From Paraspadella gotoi (taxonomy: Eukaryota; Animalia; Chaetognatha), in NCBI GenBank assembly GCA_051294375.1, contig CM119267.1:15292105-15356104 (forward strand): a DNA stretch of 64,000 bases. Reading direction: 5' to 3'. Shown one piece after another: positions 37,633 to 51,754 of this stretch (positions within the stretch are counted from its first letter, which is position 1; each line of letters opens with the position of its first letter). Below the pieces are notes generated by a model. That model did no database searches and was not told the DNA's origin. It saw nothing but the letters and a program-made list of their open reading frames with translations. The translations under genes were made by a program, and so were the position numbers.

Positions 37633-39238
37633 TGGGAAAAATCGGGAATCCGTTTTTCCGATGGCGACTCACGATTCCACCGGAAAAGTGAGAAACGTCA
37701 AGAAGAAAAACTTGATTCTCGTCGGAGGGTGAGAAAAAAATGGGGGGGGGGCGGGCTGAAGGGAGGGGCGAGTGAGGCAGGGGGAGAGTAGGGGGAGAAG
37801 AATGGAGGCATAGGGAAGGTAAGTTAGAGGTAAAGGGTAGGAAGGAGACAGGTCGGTTAGAGAAAAAATAGAAAAAGGAATCACAGGAACTGATAGAAAA
37901 TCGTGATGGAGCAAAAACCGCGTGAATTATACGTGAAAAAAAAAACCTGGAGTTTTACAAAGACCGAAAATGGTAGAATATTGTAAATATTGTAGTTCCC
38001 CACCCCAAAAAAAAACCCCGAAATTATGTTTAAAATGAGAATTCAGCGATGTTAATAAATCGTGCCAGTACAACTAAAATTGAATTTTGGCATTTCCATT
38101 CAAACATGCTAATCTTAAGGAATTGTTAAAAGCGTTCCCTTTCGGCGAACAAAAGACGTTCGCTGGGTCGATGTTTCTTATCATCGCCTCGACGCACCTC
38201 GCGTCTCGTCGCCCACGCGTCTGTGTTTTGGCCGCCGAAGGAAAAGCGTCTTTGGCGCCGCGTGGTCAAAGGCCGAGAATCCAAGGTCAAAAATCTATTT
38301 TTAGAAATATATCTCGAGTCGAAGTGAAAAAAAAACTCCGCAGGTCCGAAGCGATAGACGAAACGATGCGTAACGGACGTCGATGGCCTCCGAGCGAAAT
38401 CGCAAACTAGCGTTGTATTTATAGAGTTAACGATCGCTTGAAAGTTAACGTTGAGGCAGACAGACTTAGATAAGGTCTTAGTTGTCTTTAGAAAAGCGTG
38501 TTTGCCAAGCGTTTTTGTTTGACTAGGTTTGTTTAGGTTTGACTAAAAAGATCGAAAACTTTTGTCAAGACTGCGGCGCTGTTTTGCGGCTCTTCGTCTC
38601 CGCGTCTCCAGCCAAGAAATTTTTTTTTTTTTTTGGTCGCGAAAAGCGAAAAAAAATGAAAATAAAATAAAAAAAAACAAATTCAAAGGTAAAAGCGAAA
38701 GTTAAGTTGGCCAAAAATCCAAAATCCAGGGAGATTTTTGGCTTTTCAAACGCGAAAGAAACTTCAACGGATAAATTTGGCGCGAAATTTTTGTCTACAT
38801 TTCCCGGCCAATGAAACGTCGTCGTCGTCGTCATCGTCGTCGTCCTGATCGTCGTCGTTTTTCTCCAGCCTTTTATCCGAACGGGAATCTTTTGTCCGTA
38901 TTTATGGCATCAATCAAAGACTCGAATGACGACGACATCTGCGACGACAACGACAACAACGACCATAGATATTGGTAGATGCGAAGAGAGAAGGCGAATT
39001 GAGATGAAGCGAAAAAATGGAGAATGGAAATATGGAACGGAGGGTGTGAGCCAAAGTTTGTGATTTTGCGCAGGGAAAGGATATGACGAAGATTATGAAA
39101 AAGCGGAATTGTAAAATCTATCATCGTAAAAACCAGATTTAGTCCCGGCTTTCGCGCTCTCTCTCTATCTTTATGGCTGTCTGTCTCTCTGTCTCTGTCT
39201 CTTTCTCTCTCTTTCTTTCGATCTCTCTGTCTTTATGG

Positions 39239-39338
<100 letters not shown>

Positions 39339-41363
39339 CTGACGATGTTTCATATATTTTTTTTTTCAAAAAATTCATTTTTCCTCCGAAATCCATGAAA
39401 ATCTTTGTAAAAAATGAAAAAGTTTGATTTTCTCGTTTATCACAACGAAACTGTAGTTTAAGCGTGGACACTGGACACTGGACACGTGACATAGACCAGA
39501 CTTTTATCAGATCGAATATCACTATTCACATAAGACTCATGAGATTGAGAGAAAATAGTATTTTAAAGCTAGTTTGAATTAAACTAACTAACGAAGTTTT
39601 GGCTCTAAAGAGAAAAATTTTCTTCGGGAAAAGGGAAAATGTAATGTGATTTTCAGTGCAGATTGAACGTGAGGCACTGAAATCCCAAGATGAGAATAAT
39701 CCTGTGAGATTGGGTTTTTTTTTATCAATCGAAGTGACAAGTCGTAAAATGTATATTTATATATTTAATAAGAATAATATAAAAATTCTACCACATAGCA
39801 AATCCCACGGAAGAGGGAAAAAGTCGATAACCAACAACGTGATTTTTTATGCAAGTTGTCATCGTCAGGGACCGAGGCGCTCATAACCAGTCAGTTAGTC
39901 CATCGAGACTTATTTTTAATTAAAATGGAAATTTCTTTTTCTTCTTCCCTCCTTTTCTTTTTTCTTTTTTCTAGTTTAATCAAGAGATCTTTAAATCCGC
40001 CCGCGTCGCTCCTTTTTCCGCCGGGAGAGCCTCGTTTCGACGCGTAAGCCTCGATCGAGCACTCTTTCTTCGATATTGAGCGCACATGCCCTTTGATTTT
40101 TTTATCATTTGCTCGATGGCTTCAATCCACAATCTACATTCCTACACCGAACGCCGTTTATTAATTGATTCTGTTATTCGTACAACCGCTCTAAGCTTTT
40201 TTTAGTTTAATTATAATCCGGTTATTACTCGAAAAACCGCACGCTGTACGTTTCCCTTTTGACCGCTAATTCTCCGCTAGACCGCCCATGGCGCTTCTTC
40301 GCCAGTTTTCCCTTTGAGTATGACGCTCGGCCGCTCACTAAAAAATATTTTCATCAGATTGTAAACTGGAAATCTTGAGTCACGGTACAAAAAGAATTAT
40401 ACGAAGAAAACTAAACTTAATAAAAATGAAAAAACGATCAATGAAAAGGAGGAAGTACTCTCGTTGACAATTATCGCACAACAGACGGGAGGGTTTAAAG
40501 AAAACAGCGCTAAGGACAAAACAAAGAGAAAAGCAGGCTTGAGAAAAAATAAACAAAATAAACGAAGAATCGAAAGAATGAAATAAAAGAGAAAAAAAAT
40601 ACGTTTCAGTCTCGTAGAGTTTTTTTTTTTTGTTTCTTTTTAGTGTGTGGGAGTGTCTAGTACGTGTTTGTGACTTATTTTAAACCCGGCCAACCCTCGA
40701 CGGTTTTATTTGTTCGAAGAAACTTCATCGCTCCCTACGGCTGTCATTTTTTTTGTCGTCCCCTCTCCTCTTTGCCCCTCTCCCCCCCTCTCTCGGCTGC
40801 CTCTTTTATTTTTCTCTGTTTTGACTCAAGAAATGGATTTAAATTATGTAGGATGATTTTAAGAGGAAAATCCTTTCGTCGTCTTCGAGGTCGTATCTTT
40901 TCTCCGAAGGGTAAACAACCTTCGCTCGATCGTCGACGCGACGAAACGACCATGTGTAACTGGTACAGGGGGTGTTTTCTCGAAAGTTCGTACGAGAAGT
41001 TTTCGTGGATTAATACGATGTACAGGTTGTTCCGTTTTGATAGATCGTAGATTTTATTTATATTTTTCCGTTATTTATTATTATATACTATTTGACTTTT
41101 TTTTTCGCGCAGTTGTTACGTAATTATTCGAGATTTTAAGAAATAAAATTTCAAATTTTCCCAACATAACGCTTGAATTTCCATCGCGAAGGAAATTTTA
41201 TGGATTCGTCTGCTTTTTTGTCTCCAATTTTTTGTTATTTTTTTATTTTATTTATGTAAATCCTCTGTCTAGAAATTGGTCTCAAAATTGGTCTAGATTC
41301 TACGACGCGAACACGTTTCCAATCTTGTTTTTCTCTTGCCTTTATATTTTCGTTTTATAGTAT

Positions 41364-41433
<70 letters not shown>

Positions 41434-41535
41434 CTTCCCTTGACATGGTATCTGAAGGAAAGTTCCGTGAGAGAGCGAGCAAAGACAAGTAGGAACGTGA
41501 TTGAAAAAAAAATCAATCGATTTTTTCACAATTTT

Positions 41536-42003
41536 TTTTCCTTTTTCCATTTTTTTATCTTTTTTTTTATCTCTGCAACAAATCCACCTGCGCCATTTTA
41601 GAAAAAGGAGAAAGAAGAGACCAATTTTGTCATTCGCGTCACTATTAAATTTATGAAATTGTTTGATTTTTCGTAACTGAGGCTTGTAAAAAGACTGTTT
41701 AACATTTCGTGACATTATCATTGTTCATTTCAAAAGGTAAAATCTTTGACATCACTGNNNNNNNNNNNNNNNNNNNNNNNNNTTTTCCTTTTTCCAATTT
41801 TTTTATCTTTTTTTTTATCTCTGCAACAAATCCACCTGCGCCATTTTAGAAAAAGGAGAAAGAAGAGACCGATTTTGTCATTTCTGTCACTTTAAATTTA
41901 TGAAATTGTTTGATTTTTCGTAACTGAGGCTTTTAAAAAGACTGTTTAACATTTCGTGACATTATCATTGTCATTTCAAAAGGTAAAATCTTTGACATCA
42001 CTG
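41536..42003. repeat. ~222 bp direct duplication around an N gap (probable uncollapsed contig overlap)
   Basis: 41536-41757 and 41782-42003 are nearly identical and separated only by Ns. Confidence 0.85.
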
Positions 42004-42832
42004 AAAGATTTCACTCCCCGCTCGTTCTCCGCCACTCCTCAAAACGACTTTTGTTTGACGGAGTTTTTCGTTCCTTTCTTTCCGCGATCTTTACGAAGGG
42101 AGAGTTAAAAAATTAACGGCAACAGTTGTTACCCTCGTTAACGATATTTCGTCGAAAAAAAATGCATTAAAGATCTAAAAAAAAAAGGATTTGAGAAAAA
42201 CGAGAACTCGCCGTTTGAGATTCCTTTGTGTTTTGATTAAGCAAGAGAGCAAAAGTGAACGTTTTGGGAATCAGAATATAAATTTCACATTAATTTAATT
42301 TAATTTTCACCATCAATTTACTTANNNNNNNNNNTATACACTCCATCTCGAAGGCTGTCTAACTGTTATATATTATCACTTTTATTTTTCTCCTTTGAAC
42401 TTATTTCTTTTACAGCCTTTTCACGTTCAATATATCACGTACGTTTTCATCAATCTCTATAGTCTATATTCCCCGCCATAGCTGATTAGATTTTTCACGA
42501 AACTTCCCTTAATAAAAGAAAACTTTTTTTATCCCAACTGCGGCAACTTTACAGTCGATTCAATTCCACTTCGATTCAATGTATTTCGCGCGAACCTTTT
42601 TTTTTTTTTTTGATAACGACTTGTTTTCCCCTCTCAGGGATTTCCCCGATATATCATTTAATCCCGATTTTTTTGGTACTTCTGTCCTTTTTACTTCCGT
42701 TCACTTTTTAACTCTTTCCTCTCTTTTTTTACCTTTCCTCTTGACTGGCTGCCTCCTTCGTCCCTTATCTACTTCTTCTGAATCGGTTCTGACGGGTTAT
42801 CAGCCGTCATATCTCTCTCTCTTCTCTCTCTC

Positions 42833-42869
<37 letters not shown>

Positions 42870-43046
42870 CTCCTCTTCACTGATTGTAATGGCCATGTTC
42901 TCGCAAAGACTTTTACTTTATCTTTCACGCACCTCCTTTCCTATACATCATTTTCTTTCAACTTATTATCCCCCTTTTCTCTTCTCTCTCTCTCTTTTCC
43001 TCTCGCACGCTCCATTCCTCTCCTCCTCCTCCTCCCCCTTCCCGCC

Positions 43047-43063
43047 CCGCCATCTAGCGGTGA
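43047..43063 (-). promoter_or_regulatory. candidate CTCF binding site
   Basis: Minus strand TCACCGCTAGATGGCGG fits the CCRSYAGRKGGCR core. This is a motif match only. Confidence 0.3.
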
Positions 43064-43614
43064 TAGACGAGGCGGTCTGACCTTTTCCGGGTTCCAGTCT
43101 CCGCGGCGCATCGTCGATTTCCTGACCCCAATTTCACTTCTGAGATTATCAATCGTCGAGGAAATGAAACGGAGATCCCTTACCTGTCCGAAACGTCCCT
43201 TCGTTTTCATGAGCGTCAAAAGTGTCCCAAATATTATGGCATCTTGACTTATTGAGAGTTCGAGCATGAAACCAAAAGAGGGGTTTTTTTGTCGGGCTCT
43301 GCTTATCAGCAGATTCCGCTTGCTACTAAACTCACTTTTTGGTGCCGGTCGGTCCGTCCCTCAATATTGTCGGCGCACAATCAACTTATATAATGTCAGA
43401 AATCGAATTTGTAAATTATCGCAAAAAAAATGATGTCGTGCACACACAAAACAAAAACCCAATCGTCTGTCTGTCTCAGATAACACAGATCGTCCGTCCG
43501 TCTCCGTATACGTTCCGTGTCCGTCCGTTCCCGTTCGTCCGTCCGTCCGTCCGATACGTCGTCGTTACCGTCCGTCCGTCGTCCGTCCCAACCTTGTAAA
43601 AACACAATTACATT

Positions 43615-44425
43615 CGGATTGGAATGGAGGTTTAATGATTTTGTCTGTGATCAGTAGTGCTGTGATTGAGCTGGATTGAAGTTTTTCGATGGAATCAGTC
43701 CGAGTGAAATGAGTTTAAAAATCGGAAAAAAAAAAATATATTCACTATTTTGAACAGGCAATATGCTCGTCATCCAGAGTGGATGGGCTGATTGACCTGG
43801 AATTTTTTGTATGTGGGTAGGAAAGTGTGTGATTGAACAGGAAATCAAGTTTCGATGGAATGATTTGAGTGGAATGAGTTTAAAATGGAAAAAACAAAAA
43901 CCTGTTTTACCTAATTGATTATGCTTTCTTTTTCCTTTTATATTATGTAATCTGGCAGATGTATTATAAATCAAATAATTATCAGTTAATTAATCCAATT
44001 AATAAATAAATTAATCAATAATTAATTATTAGTCAATCATCCATCCTGACCGTGAGCCATCTTAGGCAAAAGCTCCGAATAACTGTGATTGGCTGGTTTG
44101 ATTGGAAATTAAAATTTTGTGTGTGGGGTAGAAAGTGTGTGATAAAGCTGGATATAAACATTCGATGGATCGTGTGAGCTGGAATTAAGTTTAAATGGAA
44201 AAAACATAGTCGATCATTTAACTTAAATCTTTTTTAACTTATTAATTAACCATAAATTCCAATTAATCATAATTTGGACTGGATAGATTGAGTTTGAATT
44301 TTGTGTGTGGGTAGGAAAAACGTATGACGCAAAGCTTGAATATAGAGGGTTTCAGGTGGAAACGTACCAGTGGATGGAGTTTAAATGAAAAAAATATGAG
44401 TCACATTTACTTAATCTTTTTATTT
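43615..44425. repeat. four diverged copies of a ~110 bp module with variable spacers
   Basis: TTTTGTGTGTGGGTAGGAAAGTGTGTGAT...TTCGATGGA...GAGTTTAAAATGGAAAAAA recurs near 43640, 43805, 44115 and 44300. Confidence 0.75.
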
Positions 44426-45058
44426 ATTTAACGCCATGATACGATCTGAGATGAAATTTTGTGAGCCGGTAGGAAGTGAGTGCAGAAGCTAGTATGATAA
44501 AGTTTTTGACGGAATGCAAGTTGAAAAAATTATGCAAAGTTGAAAAATGATGCAAGTTAAAAAAGCTCTTAAAAGCATAAGGATCGTCGCTATTGTCATA
44601 AAAAGAGAGAGAGAGAGAGAGAGAGGAGAAAAGAGAGGAGTGAGAGAGAGAGAGAGAGAGTGAGAGAGAGAGAGGAGAAGGAGACATCAAATAAAAAAAT
44701 CTTAAAAGACCTCCAAGACCAGGAGCCAGAGCCACTATCATTAGAAAGTTAATGGAAAACACGGGAAAAAACCGAATGAATCATGCGATAACGAATTTGT
44801 TGAATGTACTAGTAATTTGTTGAGTAATATATTGATTGATGTAATAGTATTTTATTGACTTAATAGGAGTTCGATTATTGATTCGATGATAATCAATTAT
44901 TGATGCGAATGATAAGTCATTCACTTTGGCCCTGTATGATAGTCATTCAGTGATGGATGATTGTCATTCATTGATGCGATGATTGTCATTCACTTGATTG
45001 CGAATGATGTCAATAAAACAAACAAATGCGTGTTGAGTGAAACGAGAGAGAGAGGAAG

Positions 45059-45112
<54 letters not shown>

Positions 45113-48100
45113 GAGAGAGAGCAGAGAAAAGCGAGAGAGAGAAAGAAAGAGACGCAGGAGAGAAAAGAGAAGAGAGAGAGGAGAGAGCAGATGAGAGACC
45201 GAGAGAGAGAGAAAAAACGGATCAACTCACGAAATCGTCCGGATGAAAACTATTGGGATTTTGTTTGAATCTTAAAAAAAGCGCGGAATAAATGGGCAAG
45301 TCTAATATAAAGAGTTGTTTAGAGGACACAAAATAATATCAGGAATTTTATCAAAAAACAAACACTCACTCAAGAGTATTCGGACAGATAGGGACAGCAC
45401 AATCACACGAGCAGACAGAGAGAAGAGAGGAGAGAGAAAAAGAGAGAGAGAGAGAAACAGCCGCTGCAGAGAAAATGAGATAAGAGGAAACAGTCGATAT
45501 ATAATAATGTAAAAGAGAGTAGAGAGAGAGAAGCTCTACTAAAGCCCCTTTACTCGTTAAAGAATCAGCAGTACTTATTGGCGCCGCACGTAGCGTGAGC
45601 TTATCTTTACCTCAACAGGACCCGGGTTCGCGCCGCATGTTGGGGCATTGTTTTTTACAATTAGTGCAACCCATATTATAGTCTAAAAATTGTTTTTGTA
45701 AAAAAAAAGAGAGAGAGGAGAAAGAGAGAGAGAGAGAGAGAGAGAAGAAGCTGCGACAGACGCTGCAGAGCCGGGAACTCGTTTTTTAGACAAATCACGA
45801 AGAAGCAGTGACGGAGAAGAAGAGAGAGTAGACCGAGAGGATGCCGACATCATATCATACATAACGTTTTTTGTTTGTAAATAACAACATAAACAACATA
45901 CGAAAATTCTATTGATATATAACATGAAGAATTTTAAAAGATCTTGTATTGATTAAGCCATATATGAAAATTCACTCCCTATGATATCACATTTCTCAGA
46001 AGCCAATGATTTGCAAAAAGGAGACCTGAAAGCTAAACCGAATCAAAAATCTAAGACAGGGACGGCTTTGCCCGCCTGCTCGATAATAGAGGATATTTGT
46101 TTGTTTTGAATAAAATGTAAACAAAACATTTAATAACTGTCCTGAGCTCAATTTTTAAGACATCGATGATGACAAGCTGAATAGTAAATATAATTAATCT
46201 ATTACATTATTATATTATTAATTAATTGAATTAATCAATTATTATTAATTAAATTAATAATTAATTACATTATCGTAGGCAGATCCGACATTGTTTTGCT
46301 CAAAACTTGTTTTTTGTCTAATTTTCAATTTTTTAAGAATGATTTTTCTCTTATTGAAGACAGACTTTTCGTGTTTAAAATCATATTAAGATCGCTTAAA
46401 ATTATTTTCTAATTTAATTAGCCAATTTTAATCTCCTGTTTATTTTTTTTTTTTTTTTGCATTTGACAAACCTGTATCAGGTCTTTTACAGTCGCCAATT
46501 TTGTAGAATTCTCTGTAATTTCTATTTCACTATAAATGCCCGAGGCACGCGCCATTGCGTTCCACTTTTCCGCGTCACTGCGTTCCTACCTTCACGTCGC
46601 TCATCTCCGGGGTCATTCAAACGTGATTCTCCGCTTGGCCACGCCCATTTTAGCTTCCAACGATTCCATCGCCTCAACTCGTTTCCATTCAATGTTGTCA
46701 TTTTATTTTTCGTTCAAATTGAAATCGCGTCTCTTTACGTTTTACAATTTTAAATCCTTCAATATATGAAATTCGTACAACCAATATAAAAATTATCCAT
46801 TCATTAGATAATTTAGCCATCTTTCCTCTGAATACTATACTGAATACTATACAGTATACTGTACACTATGCAGGGTTGTGACTTGAATCTTACCCCCCCA
46901 AATTGATTCTCCCACACGCAAAAAAATAGTATTTAGTTTTGCGATACCCAAAAACATTAACATGGAAAGAAAAAAAACCAGGAGTCATGTTTGCTCCTCG
47001 CCGAAATGATAAAAATTCAACTACATAAATATTCACACTCCTACAAAATTTAAAATGATCAACCAAATGGTTTTTTGTTTTTTTTTGGGTGTAATTGACA
47101 GATAGATTCCTGACAAAAAATGTTACAGTCGATCCCTCCCGTCAATTTTTCGACGTTTTCCCATCTCTAAAACTCTATATCTTTTCCCATCTCCCATCCC
47201 ATTAGCCTCCTTTCGATCCCATCTCATGCAGACTCGCGGTCCCAGTCCCGACTCTTCGCCTCATTGATTTCCTTTGGATACACCAACCGCGACGCATAAA
47301 AGAGGGTCCAAAAAGATCCGAGGTTAAAGACCGCAAAACTTGATTTTTTTCCCCCCCATTTTTTTCTTTTTTCTTCTTTTTTTTTTTTTTTTTTTAGATT
47401 CGCGGTTGAGCGATTTTTTTTCGAAAGCAGTCGCGACTCTTGGTCGCGCCGCAGTCTAAAAAAGATAACAAGCCCGCTGGCAGGCCGTCACACGCCCGAT
47501 CACGCTATCAACTACTACTACAGACGGCTGGACAGACTCCCACGTGGTAGACCAGTAAGTCTCGCTGAAAGAATCTCTTTCCTTTCTCGAAATTGAATTT
47601 TCCGCGGGGCCGAAAAAAAATCATTCGCGCCAACCACCGGCGCGTTGGCGTCAGCGGGAACGCCCTCTTCATTTCCGCAGAGATTCTGTACATCCTTGAC
47701 TAAAATCACCATAGAAACCGGAGAGAGAGTGCCTTTTCTTCCCCTGAGAGATCGAGAGAGAGAGAGGCAGAGAAATGATACCTGCTATAACACATCTTTC
47801 GATGTTGGAACGAAAGTAAGTTCCGAAGCGTTTACCTCACTTCCTAAGCCTTCCGTTGGCCGAAGCGGTTTCGATTCGCGGTTAATTATTCGCGGGAAAA
47901 AAAAGAAAAGGGGAAATGCGTCGTCATGGTAACGAACGTCGTTTGTATGTAAATTAGCCGGAACAACGGATGTGATTTATCGGATGCCGTTGGAGAACGA
48001 GAATAAAGGTTTTTAAAAATAATGAAAAAAACTAAAAAAAAAAAAGAAGGGGGAAACGAAAATAAATGGAGCGAAAATGAAAGCAGATGGAAAGTGGAAA

Positions 48101-49894
48101 TCAGGTTTGGCTGGGGAGGCTGGACGAATTGGTCGCGAAATCAGCCGAGATGGATGTTGAAAGGAAATTCAAAGATTTACAGACGGAAACATATTTTTTT
48201 TTTTTTAAATCGGCAGTAAAATAGGATTTAAGATAAAAATAGGTTTTCAACGAAAGAGGAAGGAGCGAAATCCCTATTGGTCGGATTCCTTCCAAAGAAA
48301 AAAAAAAGTCTAAACGACGCTCCAATTTTTTTTTTCCTTCTTCTCCCCAGACGAGATTTTCTTCTTTTTTTTTCAGCCGATTCAGCATAAAATTTCGTTC
48401 CCGATCGGCCGAACGTCGTTTTCGATTTAAATCGAAATAAACGCCTCATTTTCTCGTCCCGAAGACATTTCGATCACTCCAGTCTCCATTTTGCTTTTCC
48501 GGATCCGGGCTTGGAAGAAAACGGAGAAAGATCTTTGGTTCTTTGAAACATTTTTTTTTCGAGTTTTCGTCGTTTCGTGACAATTCCTCCATTAAAGGGT
48601 TTGTTTTTAGATTTGTTTTATTTATGCAAAAAATGTTTTCTTACTACGTCTACATGCCCGACCCCAAAATTACGTTCCTTCCCAATCACATCACATCAAT
48701 TCTTGCGACGATCACATTCGCTGTCGTTATTCTGTCATTATACTGCCATTATACTGCCATTGCATTGTTCTTTACCCTAGTTTGAACCCTAATTGGGCGA
48801 GAAATTCCCCTGGACCTTTACACGGGGATAAAGAGAACCTAACGTCTAATTACTAAACCGAACAAGGCTCATCTTCGCGTTATAGAAGTTCTAGCCTCGA
48901 ACTCGTGACTCTGAAAATATTGGCGGCGCCAGGGCTTCCTCCCTATGGGGATACAATGGGACGGGATAGGGAGGTGCAATCGCAAAAGTTAGGGGGGAAA
49001 AAGAAAAAGAAAAGAAAAGTTTGGGGACAAAGTATGGCTAACGTTAGAGCGATGAGAATACAAGCAGGGGACAAGGAAGGCGGGGGTGGGGGAGAAAAGA
49101 GAAAAGAAGCAAATATCGGGCTGATCCTTTTTTTTTTCATCTTCTGACGATGATTGAGGTCAATTTGGGGCTTTCTCACTCAGATCCAATGGCCTTTTAT
49201 TAGACAGTGATCTTGATATATAACTTGTGTTTTTTTTTCTTTTATATTCTTTTCTTTTATTCACAGAAATCTTTCTCTCTTCTCATTAATGACATTCGAA
49301 ATCATTCAAAGTCAGTCACAATTACTATATTGAACATTGCAGAACTTAGTGGTTATCTTTATTTGAGTAAGAAACAATCATACTGTCTCTTGCCGATTCA
49401 CATTATAAATAATCTTTGTACATTTCGTTTTTCTTTAAAGCAAAATCCGGCACATGTTTGATAAAAACATCTCAACTCAGCAGAAAACTCGTTAGACTAA
49501 ACGATATTTAAGACAAAAGTCCAAATCTTTGTTTTTGAATGGTTGAGGTGTTCCCGACTTTATTAATAGCGTAGCAGGGAACAAGGCCGCGAGGTCGCGT
49601 TTCAAACTAAAAATCTGTCATGATGAGCTTCATTTCTCTCGTTTAACCTCCAGACGTCGACATCTTCGACGAACATATTTCGAGCAAACGGACGGCGACG
49701 ACGCCGGTTTTTCGACCGCTCGATGCTTCGCCGACGCCGTGAGTTTCTCCCAAACGCCGGGGTTCCTTGCCGGGCGGCGTGTCGACCGAACCTTTCGTCT
49801 TTGAGCGGCGTTCGACCATTTCTCACTCGTATTCTCTTTTTCTACTTCATTTCCTTGACGAAAAAAAAAAGAGGGGGGAAAAAGCTTTTGGCGT

Positions 49895-49896
<2 letters not shown>

Positions 49897-49954
<58 letters not shown>
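49897..49954. repeat. (GCG)n trinucleotide repeat
   Basis: Pure GGCGGCGGC run of about 19 units. Confidence 0.95.
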
Positions 49955-50303
49955 AGGACGATTTTTCAAAAATAACTATTTTTTCCCCTTTGCTCAACTC
50001 ATTCCAACTTTCTTTAGTTTCTTCTATTCAAAGTGTAATTTTTTTTTGGTTTTTTTTTGTGATTTTAATGAACTTTCATTTTTCTTTTGAAACGTCGTTA
50101 CGTCGCGTAAAGAAAAGTAGTTTTTTCCGAGACGAAATAGTTTTTGTAGCCTCGTTTTCAACTCGCTGAGAGTAACGACCGAACCCACATAATAAGTTTA
50201 ACCAACTCGATAATTTCAAAAAATTGATGGAAGAAAGAATTCCGAGTCTGAAGGTTGACATGTCAACAACTCAATTTAAGCTTACCCGAGACCTCGTCTT
50301 CCC

Positions 50304-50336
<33 letters not shown>

Positions 50337-51480
50337 TCTGCCTTAATTGCGCGACTGCATTTCGCTCGGTTGCCGCCAAATTGCCCTTTTGTCGTCCCGG
50401 TCGTCGTCGTCGCCGACGTCGCCCTCTGCAAATTGTCTTTTTGTCTCTTTTTTTGTGGTTTTGTCCGCGGATCGTCAGGCGTCGAGCGTCGGGCGTCTGG
50501 AGCGAAGCGTTGAACCGAAAGTCGTAAAAAGCGAAAGAAGCGAGAAAAGCAAAAAAAAAAGCAAAAAAGCGGGAAGAAAAAAACCGAAAACTGCCGCTCA
50601 GCGTCTTCTTTCCCTTTAACGCTGGGTCTTCGTGGTAAGACGGTTGGGTCATCGCTTCGTGGATTCCAAGGTTGAGGGTTCGCGGCCTGGGTTAGGCTAG
50701 TTACGTTATAAATCGTCGAAGCTTCCCTTTCCCCAATTGACGAAGAAGGCGGATGTTTCCAAAGTGCCTGCTTTGGTTCCAATCCGTTTTCTTCGGTTCG
50801 TTGAACACCATTTCTCAAATTTCTGCCGATGATCGCCGTTTCCCCCGCAGGCGTTGTTGCCAGAATATAGCAAAGATACCAAATTGCGACTGGATGTACA
50901 CTTTTAACATTTATTGTTACGGCTTTCTCCCGGTATACACGATTACGCGATTTCAGCGTTTACAATTGCAGATGTAACGTTACAATATCTTAAGTTCGAA
51001 AAATACGAAATGACGAAAATACGCCACCACGACGCGTCGCGGAGGCGCCCTAGATGGCAAGTCACCACGACCTCTTATTGTTGTTTGTTTGTTTGTTTGG
51101 TTTTTTTGTTGTTTTTTTTTGATAATTATCCGCATTGATCTCGTATTGCATTAACGGCGCATAACGTAGGGGCGTCTGAAAAAAAAATTTAAACTAACGC
51201 GTAACTTTTACTCTTTTCATTCGCTTTTCCTCTTCGTGTCGCGTCGGCATCGGCTGCTAGAGTATTTCGTCTTCGGGTCACCTCGAAAGTATTTTTCAAA
51301 TTTGAAAACGAGTTTCTCGGTTTTTCTCTACGTACCTCCGCTGCCTCCTCGCCTGACATAAACTTCATCTCTCGCTTGAAGACTCTCTGAAATACAGGCT
51401 TCGCGTCCGCATCACGCGATCTTTACGTCATCGATCACATTTCGCTTCGTCTCTTCCGCTCATCATCTCTTTCTAGCCTT

Positions 51481-51754
51481 TATGGCAACAGCCGGATTGC
51501 CTGTGATGCCCATTTGGATTGGGCATCTCACTATTGGCTTTAGGGGCTTCCGACCCTCAGTGACGCCTCCAGTCACTGGCGCGGTTACCCTAGGACGGTC
51601 TCGCTTTGCCAACGCAGAGGGATGGATGGAACGCAACGCTTGGGATGGTGCGTTCCCCCTCTGAGCCAATGAGATTGGCTGAACGATGAGAGGCAGTCTG
51701 AATATACTGCCACACCTTCCTACTCCCCGCTCGCTCTCTCTCTTTCTCTCCATT
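51481..51754. mobile_element. multi-hairpin dispersed repeat, copy 2, with candidate 11 bp TSD
   Basis: Homologous to 28936-29183 over 51481-51711, followed by a CT-rich tract. Flanked by TTTCTAGCCTT at 51470-51480 and 51755-51765. Confidence 0.7.

Noticed and set aside
37365-37691. 108 aa Asp/Glu-rich ORF resembling an acidic biomineralisation protein
   Set aside because: It is explained by a degenerate (GAC)n array that is open in several frames. There is no signal peptide or clear splice context, and similar tracts occur throughout the window.
41536-42003. Direct duplication as a biological repeat or LTR pair
   Set aside because: The copies abut an N gap and are nearly identical, typical of an unmerged contig overlap. 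The same pattern is seen at 56570-56720.
43184-43267. Minus-strand ATG...CAG|GTAAGG segment as an alternative first exon
   Set aside because: Phase 0 does not fit the next exon (phase 2), the peptide is not a convincing signal peptide, and there is no promoter evidence.
45578-45660. tRNA-like A/B-box arrangement (TGGCGCCGCACGT...GGGTTCGCGCC)
   Set aside because: The boxes are degenerate and no cloverleaf can be built. At most it is an old SINE head.
51336-51386. 51 nt minus-strand segment with TATTTCAG| and |GTACGT splice-like ends
   Set aside because: In the phase required by the flanking exons (2) it contains TGA. There is no further support, though a poison exon cannot be excluded without RNA data.
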